From a bacterium (GTDB lineage: Bacteria; Patescibacteriota; Microgenomatia; UBA1400; UBA12108): a stretch of 64,000 nt of DNA. Positions 1 through 8,054 of this stretch are shown here, piece by piece; the stretch's first letter is position 1, and each line of letters opens with the position of its first letter. The DNA lies in assembly GCA_043827085.1 (NCBI GenBank), contig JBDRPO010000004.1:2847-66846 (forward strand). The letters are read 5' to 3'. The position numbers and the translations under genes are program-made. Under the pieces are notes generated by a model, which made no database searches, was not told where the DNA came from, and saw only the letters and a program-made list of their open reading frames with translations.

Positions 1-56
1 CACCCCCTCCAACTAAATCCTAACCTCTAGTATCTAGCTTCTCGCCTGACCAGCGG

Positions 57-1160
57 TCAAGCATTTATCGGCATCACCACATATCGCCCGCTCTCGCGAC
101 TTGTATCGCGAATCATTCCCGGGGCAAGCCTATTCCCCATTCCCACCCAAAGCACCTCGCCCGTCACGATCGATAAATAGTCAAGTACATATTTTGCATT
201 AAAGATAATCTCCAATCCCTCTCCTGTAAGCTTTATTAAAACCTCAACTTTGCACTCCCCTCTCTCTGGTGAACTAGACGAAAGAATAAGTTTATCCTTC
301 TCAATCTGCCACCTCATCATGTTTGAGTTGTCACGCGCAAAAATATGGACTGCCCTAATCGCCGACAGTAATTCATCCCTATTCACCTCCACCTCCGTCG
401 TGAATTCTTTTGGCAGTATCTTCTGATAATCCGGGAAGTTCCCAGACAATAGTTGCGACACTATCTGGGTATCCCCCACCAAAAAATATATTTGATTGGT
501 AGCAGACAGATGACCAATTCGAATTTGTTCTTCTCCAGCAAGTCTAATAACTTCAGATACCACTCGCGAAGGTACAAGTAGAGTCAGCTGTTCCACTTTA
601 GTCTCAACCGCAAGCTCCTCAACGGCAAGTCGAAACCCGTCTGTTGCGACCAGTTTCATTCTTTTCTTCCCAAACTCCAATAACACTCCAGTCAATACTG
701 GTCTTAGACTATCGCGCGCACTTGCGAACACCACCCGCTCAACCGTCGTGGTAAATAAACCAGCCTCAACAGTACAAATTCCCATCTCCTTCTCTATATC
801 TGGAATAGCCGGGAACTCGTCTATGTTAATCGTCTGGAACTTGCCACTGTACCCTGGTGCCGACAAAATTAAAGTTTCCTTTTCTAATCTCAACTCAATC
901 TTTCCTGGGTTTAATGAACTTAAAAACTCACCAAAAATCTTTGCAGGAACTGCCACAACCCCCACCCCTACTACTTTTGCCGTCACTTTGGTTTTAATCC
1001 CAATTTCAAGATCTGTCGCTGACAAAACCAACCCCTCACTCTTTGCCTCAATTAGGATGTGTGATAAGGCTGGAAGTTGTGCCCTTGTCGCAACCGCTCT
1101 TTCCACAATATTTAAACCCACTAAAAGCTGTTCCTGTAAAACCTCGACTTTCATAAACAT
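57..1160 (-). CDS. dnaN: DNA polymerase III beta subunit (sliding clamp)
   Basis: 367-aa ORF with the three-domain beta-clamp pattern. It lies directly downstream of dnaA on the same strand, the canonical dnaA-dnaN order. Confidence 0.93.
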   Translation of the reverse strand: MFMKVEVLQEQLLVGLNIVERAVATRAQLPALSHILIEAKSEGLVLSATDLEIGIKTKVTAKVVGVGVVAVPAKIFGEFLSSLNPGKIELRLEKETLILSAPGYSGKFQTINIDEFPAIPDIEKEMGICTVEAGLFTTTVERVVFASARDSLRPVLTGVLLEFGKKRMKLVATDGFRLAVEELAVETKVEQLTLLVPSRVVSEVIRLAGEEQIRIGHLSATNQIYFLVGDTQIVSQLLSGNFPDYQKILPKEFTTEVEVNRDELLSAIRAVHIFARDNSNMMRWQIEKDKLILSSSSPERGECKVEVLIKLTGEGLEIIFNAKYVLDYLSIVTGEVLWVGMGNRLAPGMIRDTSRESGRYVVMPINA

Positions 1161-1225
1161 CTTCCCCCCTTAGTGTTTATTACTAACACTAATTATTATA
1201 AATAACATTGTAGCAGTAGTAGAGC

Positions 1226-1290
1226 CGGTGGATTTTGGGATAACTGTCTGAAACCGCCGTGGAAAACCCTGTGGATAACTTTGTGGAAAA
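1226..1290. promoter_or_regulatory. DnaA-box cluster (candidate oriC segment) between dnaA and dnaN
   Basis: Perfect TGTGGATAA (reverse complement of TTATCCACA) at 1270-1278, TGTGGAAAA at 1282-1290 and GGATAAC-like sites at 1228-1245. An AT-rich stretch at 1180-1215 is a possible DUE. Further one-mismatch boxes (TTTTCCACA at 2748-2756) lie upstream of dnaA. Confidence 0.55.
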
Positions 1291-1382
1291 CTTTAACTTT
1301 ATGGGGACAACCCGGAATATTCCTCTTTTCCCCAAATATATTATTTCTTTTCCCGCTCTTTTCCCCATACTTATTCACCTAC

Positions 1383-2729
1383 TTATAAACCGTGTTTAAT
1401 ATCTGCAATTATTTTGGCCATCCCGGGGGCTGTCTTAATCTTCTCGGCTATCTTCTCCACGGCGTGAATTACCGTGGTGTGGTCGCGCCCCCCAAACAGC
1501 CTCCCCACCTGTTCATATGGTAAGCGAAGGTCATTATATAAAAGATACATCGCAGTATGTCTTGCCTCAGTGAGTGGTGCCTTGCGGCTCGCACTTATTA
1601 GCTCGGTTGGTTTAAACGAAAAATACTGAGCGGTCTTATTTATTACACTACTTGGCCTAATTCGTTGAGTTCTCCGCTCCGACTCTGCTCCAAAATACGC
1701 CCTGACTAAGTCGCTCGTGATCTCTCCTCCGCTTGGCAGCGCCTTTGTCAGAATTCCCTGCAAGGCGCCCTCAAGTTCACGAATGTTGGTCGTTGTCCGC
1801 TCGGCAATTAATGAAATTGCCTCGCTAGGGATGGTAATATTCAGGGACTCACACTTCTGGGTTAAGATCGCCACTCTCGTTTCAAAGTCTGGCGACTGGA
1901 TGTCAACCATCAGTCCCCCCATAAATCGCGATGAGAGCCTCTCTTCGAGCCGCGCAATTTCTTGTGGTGGTCGGTCAGACGTGAGGATCACCTGTCGCTG
2001 TGACATATAGAGCTCGTTAAAGGTGTGGAAAAACTCTTCCTGGATATATTCTTTGCCGGCGATAAACTGGATATCGTCAACCAGTAGTACGTTAGGGGCA
2101 CGATACTTCTTCTTAAACGCAGGCGTCTTTTTATTCTGTAAACTCGCAATTAAATCACTCCCAAACGTCTCCGCTGAGATGTACATAATGTTCCAGTCTG
2201 GGTGGTCGGCGTATATCGCATGCCCCACCGCCTGCATTAGGTGAGTTTTCCCCAAACCCACCCCGCCATAGATAAAGAGTGGGTTATAGCGTGTTCCTGG
2301 ACTTTTTGTTGCTCCTTGAGCTGCGGCGTATGCAAAATTATTCGATGGCCCAACCACATAAGTCTCAAATGTTAGTCTCGGATTTAGGTTGTGTGAACCA
2401 TCCCCCCTTACCGTAGTCTTAAGCTCGTCAAATAGTGGTGATGGTGGTTGTTTAGAACTAGTCGCAACATCCTTTCCTATTACGTAAGCCACCCCAACTT
2501 TCCCTCCGCAGATACGCTCTAAACTTCGCTTAATTTGTCCTTCATACCTCTGTCCCACCATTGTTTGGTGGTATGCAGACGGACAAACAATCGTGATCAG
2601 CTGCACTCCCCCCTCAAGCTTTTCGAGAGACTCAATTGAGAGTGGTTTAATCCAGGTTGGAAAATACACGGGTGATATCGCAAGCTCCAACTCTCCCAAA
2701 ACCGCCTTCCATATTGCTAAGATATCCAT
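1383..2729 (-). CDS. dnaA: Chromosomal replication initiator protein DnaA
   Basis: Walker A GVGLGKTHL, the AAA+ sensor motifs and a C-terminal DnaA-box-binding helix-turn-helix (RHTAMYLLYNDLRLPYEQVGRLFGGRDHTTVIHA). Confidence 0.97.
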   Translation of the reverse strand: MDILAIWKAVLGELELAISPVYFPTWIKPLSIESLEKLEGGVQLITIVCPSAYHQTMVGQRYEGQIKRSLERICGGKVGVAYVIGKDVATSSKQPPSPLFDELKTTVRGDGSHNLNPRLTFETYVVGPSNNFAYAAAQGATKSPGTRYNPLFIYGGVGLGKTHLMQAVGHAIYADHPDWNIMYISAETFGSDLIASLQNKKTPAFKKKYRAPNVLLVDDIQFIAGKEYIQEEFFHTFNELYMSQRQVILTSDRPPQEIARLEERLSSRFMGGLMVDIQSPDFETRVAILTQKCESLNITIPSEAISLIAERTTTNIRELEGALQGILTKALPSGGEITSDLVRAYFGAESERRTQRIRPSSVINKTAQYFSFKPTELISASRKAPLTEARHTAMYLLYNDLRLPYEQVGRLFGGRDHTTVIHAVEKIAEKIKTAPGMAKIIADIKHGL

Positions 2730-2824
2730 ACATTCATTATCCCCAAATTTTCCACATAGAACAATATAGCGAAACTATCTCCCACCGTGACAAATCCACT
2801 CGCTCCTGTTAAAATACATAAATC

Positions 2825-2959
2825 ATGAAACGCACTTACCAACCCAAAAAAATCAAGCGCAGAAACGTTCACGGTTTTATAAAGCGCATGAGTTCCCACA
2901 AGGGCAGGCTTGTTCTCTCCAGGCGTCGTCTCGCCGGTCGCGCCAAACTGACCGTATAA
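2825..2959 (+). CDS. rpmH: 50S ribosomal protein L34
   Basis: Hand-translated 44-aa [47 protein letters not shown]. This is the classic L34 sequence, divergent from dnaA and upstream of rnpA. It is below the ORF-track length cutoff. Confidence 0.9.
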   Translation: MKRTYQPKKIKRRNVHGFIKRMSSHKGRLVLSRRRLAGRAKLTV

Positions 2960-2970
2960 CAGGTATTGGT

Positions 2971-3106
2971 TGGTCAGACTGCAACTCCCAAGTTAGTAAT
3001 CAACCTGTCGTCAGAAGGTCTGTCCTGCTCAGGAAACCCCGAGCTTGTCGAGGGGTGTTTAGTCGACTTCAATATACAAACAGGAGACTAGGACAGACCT
3101 TAAAGG
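2971..3106. repeat. MITE-like palindromic repeat, family A, full-length copy (~135 bp) between rpmH and rnpA
   Basis: Near-identical copy at 34613-34752 and an internally deleted copy at 17097-17160. Arms GGTCTGTCCTG and CAGGACAGACC form an inverted repeat. Confidence 0.8.
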
Positions 3107-3118
3107 TATAATACGAAT

Positions 3119-3439
3119 ATGATCTCCCGCTCTCACAAATTCCCTCTCCGCACCCAGTTTCTCTCTTTTCGTGCCGCGTCCTCTCAAACCGCCACTCCCC
3201 ATCTTCGCCTCCTCACATCACCCCATACTCCCAGTAGACTCTCTGTAATTGTTCCCCTTAAAGTTAACAAGCGCGCCGTGGTTCGTAATCACCTCAAGCG
3301 CCTAGTTTACGATGTGGTCTGGAAAATTCTTCTCGATAAAAATATCGACTGCGTGATCATGTCCAAACCTCTCGCTCTCACCAAAGGCGACCCCACCGAC
3401 AAATTAATCCTTTCGGAATTATCGAGCCTTCATGTATAA
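3119..3439 (+). CDS. rnpA: Ribonuclease P protein component
   Basis: RnpA RNR-type motif (KRAVVRNHLKRL), ~106 aa, positioned between rpmH and yidD. Confidence 0.85.
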   Translation: MISRSHKFPLRTQFLSFRAASSQTATPHLRLLTSPHTPSRLSVIVPLKVNKRAVVRNHLKRLVYDVVWKILLDKNIDCVIMSKPLALTKGDPTDKLILSELSSLHV

Positions 3440-3650
3440 AATCTACCGTCGCCTCTCCACTTTTCTAAAGTCGTTCACCCGCAATCTCGGTCTCTCAACG
3501 GGCCATTGTCGGTACGTTCCCACCTGTTCTCTTTATGCTAAACAAGCTTTTACCAAACATGGTTTGTGGAGGGGCGCTTGGTTATCTACCCAAAGACTGT
3601 TAAAATGTCACCCATGGTCTAAAGGTGGTTACGATGCACATCAGGAGTAA
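3432..3650 (+). CDS. yidD: Membrane protein insertion efficiency factor YidD
   Basis: 72-aa protein with the conserved CRYxPTCS..A and HPWSKGGYD motifs. It overlaps the rnpA stop. Confidence 0.85.
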   Translation: MYKIYRRLSTFLKSFTRNLGLSTGHCRYVPTCSLYAKQAFTKHGLWRGAWLSTQRLLKCHPWSKGGYDAHQE

Positions 3651-3700
3651 TAACTCCTGAGAAATGCCTCCAGATACGAAGTAATCTGAGAGGCCCCCGA
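3650..3700. repeat. Short hairpin repeat, family D (CTGAGAAATGYCTCCAGAYACGAAGTARTCTGRGAGGCC)
   Basis: Second copy at 6715-6765, which sits in frame inside the flippase-like gene. Confidence 0.7.
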
Positions 3701-3713
3701 CAACTAAACAATT

Positions 3714-4451
3714 ATGTACAACACTCTAATCTATCAACCCATCCTTAACTCTCTCCTTTGGCTCTACCAGGTCACAGGGCAGAATCTTGGCTTCGCCATC
3801 ATCTTCTTAACCCTGATAATCCGCGGTATTTTGATCCCGTTTACTCTCCCCCAACTCAAGTCCGCCAAAAAAATGGCTCAGTTAAAACCCGAGCTTGACG
3901 CGCTTAAAAAGAAATATGGCCACGACAATAAACTTTTCCAGCAAAAGCAAGTCGAGTTCTACAAAACTCACGGCGTCAATCCCGCTGCCGGTTGCTTACC
4001 CTTTATTGCTCAGTTCATTGTCTTAATTGCCCTCTACCAAGTGTTTATGCACACACTGGGAGGCAACGGTATGGGGGAAATCAACACCTCCTTTTTTCTT
4101 TGGGATCTTAAAGTTAAAGACACGACCTTTATTCTCCCCGTCCTAGCCGGTATTCTCCAGCTTGTGACCTCTCTTGCCATTCTTCCTGCCGTGGAAAACG
4201 AACCCGAAAAGCGGCAGGGATCTGTCGAAGACAAAAAAGATGTAGCTGACATGGCAACCTCATTGCAACAACAGATGGTTTTTATGATGCCCATCATGAC
4301 CGTCATCTTTTCTCTTCAGTTCCCCTCAGGGCTCGCTCTGTACTGGGTGGTGACAACCGCCTTCTCCCTCGTTCAACAACTCATCGTCTCTGGCCCTGGG
4401 GCGATCCTTACCTATGCTTACAAATTTAAATTACTCAAGAAGGGGAAATAA
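3714..4451 (+). CDS. yidC: Membrane protein insertase YidC (short Gram-positive/Oxa1-like form)
   Basis: Five-TM core with the conserved GCLPFIAQFIVLIALYQVF region, following rnpA-yidD. Confidence 0.85.
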   Translation: MYNTLIYQPILNSLLWLYQVTGQNLGFAIIFLTLIIRGILIPFTLPQLKSAKKMAQLKPELDALKKKYGHDNKLFQQKQVEFYKTHGVNPAAGCLPFIAQFIVLIALYQVFMHTLGGNGMGEINTSFFLWDLKVKDTTFILPVLAGILQLVTSLAILPAVENEPEKRQGSVEDKKDVADMATSLQQQMVFMMPIMTVIFSLQFPSGLALYWVVTTAFSLVQQLIVSGPGAILTYAYKFKLLKKGK

Positions 4452-4452
4452 T

Positions 4453-4905
4453 ATGTTAGCCACCGATATTAAAAAGATTGAAGAGCTTCTTCAGCTTTTT
4501 GACATTACGCCCGACCAAATCAAGATTGACGAAACTGATGAAGCAGTCACCATCACCGTTGATCAAAGCGAACTCGAAGCCGGCCGCCTAATTGGTCGCT
4601 TTGCCTCTACCCTCGACTCTCTTCAGTTGATTATCTCGCTTATGCTCAATAAAGGCGATGTTCACCGCCACATTCTTTTAGATGTTGCCGGCTACCGCGC
4701 TCGTCGCTTGACCACCCTCGAGACTATGGTTGAAAACGCCAAACAACAAGTGAGAAATATTGGTGGTGCCTGCGCCCTCCCGCCCCTTTCCGCAACCGAA
4801 CGCCGCCAAGTTCATTTTATGCTTCAAGATGATGCAGAATTCACTAGTTACTCCGAAGGCTACGGGCAAGATAGGCGCCTATTTATCGCTCCCAAAACTA
4901 TCTAG
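4453..4905 (+). CDS. jag: Jag/KhpB-like RNA-binding protein (KH + R3H domains)
   Basis: Jag N-terminal domain, KH and a C-terminal R3H-like region, following yidC. The start is set to MLATD at 4453, because the ORF-track start at 4414 overlaps yidC. Confidence 0.75.
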   Translation: MLATDIKKIEELLQLFDITPDQIKIDETDEAVTITVDQSELEAGRLIGRFASTLDSLQLIISLMLNKGDVHRHILLDVAGYRARRLTTLETMVENAKQQVRNIGGACALPPLSATERRQVHFMLQDDAEFTSYSEGYGQDRRLFIAPKTI

Positions 4906-6148
4906 TCTCCTAGTCGGTCTGATTATTTTTTTCTCTGCTACCCAATTTGGTTTGCATTTCTGGCCGCTCTCAACTCTTGTTTATGGCATCCGTATTGACT
5001 ATCTCTCCCCCGCCACCTACTTCCTCGACATCCTAATCATTTTTTATTTATCTCTCTCTTCACGCCTACCATCCACACTCTCTCGCTTGCATTCTATTTT
5101 CCCCATTCTCCTTGTCAATCTCATCTTTTCTCAAAACCCCGCCAGCACCCTCTCCTGGTCTCTCCACCTTGTTCTATATTTGTTGTTTATCTCATCTCTA
5201 CCCCTCAGCAGAATACGCAATACTCTATACAAAATATTGCCCATAGCAATCCTCTTCCAAGTCACGCTCGCGCTCACCCAAGTCACCATTGGTCATTCTG
5301 TTGGTGGGCTCATGTACTACCTTGGTGAACGAACCGTGGCTGTGGGTGCGCCTACGATCGCCCTTGCCATGTTTATGGATCATGTTGTACTACGTGCCTA
5401 TGGTACTTTCGGACACCCCAACGTGCTTGCTGGATGGTTAGTAATCGCTTTATTGATTACCATCCAACTTTGGAGACAACGCCAATCGTCAGTGGGGCTG
5501 ACCTTAAAGGACTCGAGCGCGATTAGTGTCCGAAAAGATCCTAGAAGGTCAGACCCAATGGGTACTAAAACCATTTGGGTACCCCTCATCCTCACCACCC
5601 TCGGCATTTTTCTCACTCAGTCTCGCGCCGCCGCCCTCACCCTCTTTGTTTTCATCATTCCTTTCTATCTACTTAAATCCCTCAAATCTCGAGTGATTTA
5701 TTTTGTACTTATTCTAGCTTCTAGCTTCTATCTTCTATCTTCTGGCACACTATTACGTGCGTTCGATCTCTCCTCTTCCGAGCGCCTTACTTTGCAGGGA
5801 GTCTCCCTTAAAGCAATTCAAGCATTTCCGCTTTTCGGCACCGGGGCGCAGGCTAGCATTTCTACCTACCCTACCGTCTCTCCCAATACTCGCCTCCTCC
5901 AACCCGACCACAATTCTCTTACCCTCTTCCTCTCCTGGTTCGGTATTTTTGGTCTCCTAGCCATTTTATACTCTCTGAGATTTCAATTTAAGAATTTGAG
6001 AATTTATGATTTTCGATTTGTCCTCCCACTCCTCCCACTTCTTCTCCTCGACCACTATCTCTTCACTTCCCCCCAAGGTTTATTTGTATTACTTCTATAC
6101 CCTGCCGTTGCGGTAAACTACTCTCATGCTCAAAAAAATCGCGAGTAA
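4760..6148 (+). CDS. O-antigen ligase (Wzy_C)-like polytopic membrane protein; true start uncertain, probably ~4830-4950
   Basis: 10-12 TM helices and an FLTQSRAAALTLFVF segment typical of O-antigen ligase domains. The N-terminal part of the track ORF overlaps jag and is probably not translated. A 75-bp palindromic repeat is inserted in frame at 5500-5578. Confidence 0.45.
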   Translation: MVVPAPSRPFPQPNAAKFILCFKMMQNSLVTPKATGKIGAYLSLPKLSSLLVGLIIFFSATQFGLHFWPLSTLVYGIRIDYLSPATYFLDILIIFYLSLSSRLPSTLSRLHSIFPILLVNLIFSQNPASTLSWSLHLVLYLLFISSLPLSRIRNTLYKILPIAILFQVTLALTQVTIGHSVGGLMYYLGERTVAVGAPTIALAMFMDHVVLRAYGTFGHPNVLAGWLVIALLITIQLWRQRQSSVGLTLKDSSAISVRKDPRRSDPMGTKTIWVPLILTTLGIFLTQSRAAALTLFVFIIPFYLLKSLKSRVIYFVLILASSFYLLSSGTLLRAFDLSSSERLTLQGVSLKAIQAFPLFGTGAQASISTYPTVSPNTRLLQPDHNSLTLFLSWFGIFGLLAILYSLRFQFKNLRIYDFRFVLPLLPLLLLDHYLFTSPQGLFVLLLYPAVAVNYSHAQKNRE

Positions 6149-7343
6149 TACCCTGGCACAACTTGTCGCCAAATTTTTTGGTGCTGGACTCACCCTCTTC
6201 ACCACCTACTATACGATCCGTCTTACCGGTCTCGAACTTTATGGTGATTTAACTAAAATTCTCGTCCTCGTCGCCATAGGTTTTACCGCCATCGATTTTG
6301 GTTTGAACGCCGAAGCAATTCGCTTTGGTACGAGTGAAAGCAAAATGCGTCAAGTTCTAGGTCAAGTTATCCTCGTTCGCCTAGTTCTTTCCGCACTCGT
6401 CATCCTTGCCCTCAATCTCCTTATTTTCTTTTTACCCGGCGGCTATTCGAGTGAAGTTAAATCCATTTTCTGGCTTGGTAGCCTGGCAATCATTTTTCAA
6501 GGCATCTATACCTCAGGCAATGCTTGGTTTCAATCCAATTTGTCATACTGGCGTCCTACCATCTCGGTCGTTGTCGGGTCACTGACCGGCACGGGTCTCA
6601 CCCTCTATTTTCTTGCGACCTCCCCCACCCTCTCTCATCTGGTTCTTGCCAACACTATTGGATACTCCGTCATGGCCCTCTGCTCTGTTTTCATGCTCTG
6701 CACATCAGGCGCGTTAGCGCCTGAGAAATGTCTCCAGACACGAAGTAGTCTGGGAGGCCTTCTCCGTCGCTCCCTAATTCTCGGGCTGATCTTAATTGCG
6801 AGCGTCTTTGCCTCAAAACTGGATACTATCATCCTCGGCATCTTCCGCCTCTCTAGCGAGGTTGGAGAATATGGTTTTGCCTACCGCATTTTTGACGTCA
6901 TTCTCGTCCTCCCAGTATTTGTCATGAATGCCGTCTATCCTCTCTTAATCAAAGATAGTGGAAACTCTTCAAAACTAATCAGTCATACCACAAAAAACAT
7001 GGCCTTCATTGGCGTCGCTACCGCCATTTTTCTCTGGTTTGCCGCCCCCTACGTCAATCTTGTCAAACCCGGCCTCACACTCACAGTAAGCGTCCTTCGT
7101 CTCCTCTCCCTCTCCCTTCCCCTCTTCTATGTGACCGCACCCCTTATGTGGTCTTTGATTGGGGCTCGTCGCGACAAAATAGTACTCAGCGTGTATGTTG
7201 TTGCTGCCCTGGGCAACGGTCTTTTAAACCTACTTTTTATACCCTCTTTTGGCGCCCCCGCCGCCGCCGCGATGACTGGTATTACCGAGTTATTTATTTT
7301 TTGCGCTCTGTTATACTTCTCTCGCAATGATTTGAGAACTTAA
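6126..7343 (+). CDS. Polysaccharide biosynthesis protein / Wzx-like flippase (MOP superfamily)
   Basis: 12-14 TM helices. The N-terminal ASNTLAQLVAKFFGAG..YG motif is typical of Wzx/MurJ-like flippases. A family D hairpin repeat is in frame at 6715-6765. Confidence 0.55.
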   Translation: MLKKIASNTLAQLVAKFFGAGLTLFTTYYTIRLTGLELYGDLTKILVLVAIGFTAIDFGLNAEAIRFGTSESKMRQVLGQVILVRLVLSALVILALNLLIFFLPGGYSSEVKSIFWLGSLAIIFQGIYTSGNAWFQSNLSYWRPTISVVVGSLTGTGLTLYFLATSPTLSHLVLANTIGYSVMALCSVFMLCTSGALAPEKCLQTRSSLGGLLRRSLILGLILIASVFASKLDTIILGIFRLSSEVGEYGFAYRIFDVILVLPVFVMNAVYPLLIKDSGNSSKLISHTTKNMAFIGVATAIFLWFAAPYVNLVKPGLTLTVSVLRLLSLSLPLFYVTAPLMWSLIGARRDKIVLSVYVVAALGNGLLNLLFIPSFGAPAAAAMTGITELFIFCALLYFSRNDLRT

Positions 7344-7348
7344 GACTT

Positions 7349-7795
7349 ATGATTACAAAACTATTATTGAATACAGACGGTGGTTCGCGCGGCAATCCCG
7401 GCCCTGCCGCCTACGGCTACGTTATCCGCGACATCTCTGGCCTGCCCGCCGAAGCCTCGGCGAAGGAGGGTACGGGAATCATTCTGGAAAAATGCGGTAA
7501 TTATATAGGCACTGCCACCAACAACACTGCGGAATACGAAGGCCTAATTGCGGGGATCAAATGGGTGCTCACCCACCACCCGCGCGCCATGCTCACAATT
7601 AAAATGGACTCACTCCTTATTGTCAATCAAATCAAGGGCCTATTTAAAGTGAAAAATCCCGGTCTCATTCCAAAATATCAAGAAGTGAGGGGACTATTAT
7701 CTCAACTCCCCAAGTGGTCTATCGAACACACCTACCGTGAAGGCAACTCCCTAGCAGATGAACTAGTCAATCTAACGCTTGATGCACGTACTTAA
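7349..7795 (+). CDS. rnhA: Ribonuclease HI-like (type 1 RNase H fold)
   Basis: DGGSRGNPGPAAYGYV...TNNTAEYEGL...D..L...REGNSLAD pattern (DEDD carboxylates). A family C repeat (GCCGAAGCCTCGGCGAAGGAGG) sits in frame at 7446-7470. Confidence 0.7.
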   Translation: MITKLLLNTDGGSRGNPGPAAYGYVIRDISGLPAEASAKEGTGIILEKCGNYIGTATNNTAEYEGLIAGIKWVLTHHPRAMLTIKMDSLLIVNQIKGLFKVKNPGLIPKYQEVRGLLSQLPKWSIEHTYREGNSLADELVNLTLDART

Positions 7796-8054
7796 CTTTT
7801 CTTATAAGCTATAGGTCTTCAATAGTCTAGTCAAAATTTTGTATTCACTAGTGGTCTTTTCAGACTAATGAAAAACGTGGAAAAAGTGTAACAACGAAAA
7901 AGGGTAGAAAAGTATACATACAAACCAAGACACGAAACAAAAATAAATCGTAGTAACAAAGAAGTTAGTAGGGGAGTAATTTGTATAGGTCTGAATATAT
8001 ATAAGGTATTTAAACATTCCGAGTTATCCGAGTTTTCTGATAAACTGAAATCGT

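Noticed and set aside
1196-1378. 60-aa minus-strand ORF between dnaN and dnaA
   Set aside because: It lies in the DnaA-box / AT-rich intergenic region, with low-complexity translation. More likely oriC DNA than a gene.
4760-4900. N-terminal ~45 aa of the ligase-like ORF overlapping jag
   Set aside because: It overlaps the well-supported jag C-terminus. The true start is probably an internal ATG or TTG near 4830-4950.
7796-8054. Possible ncRNA in the 259-bp AT-rich spacer upstream of the DUF4012-like gene
   Set aside because: No recognisable conserved RNA motif (tmRNA, RNase P RNA, SRP, 6S hallmarks) could be identified by eye. It is treated as a promoter/leader region only.
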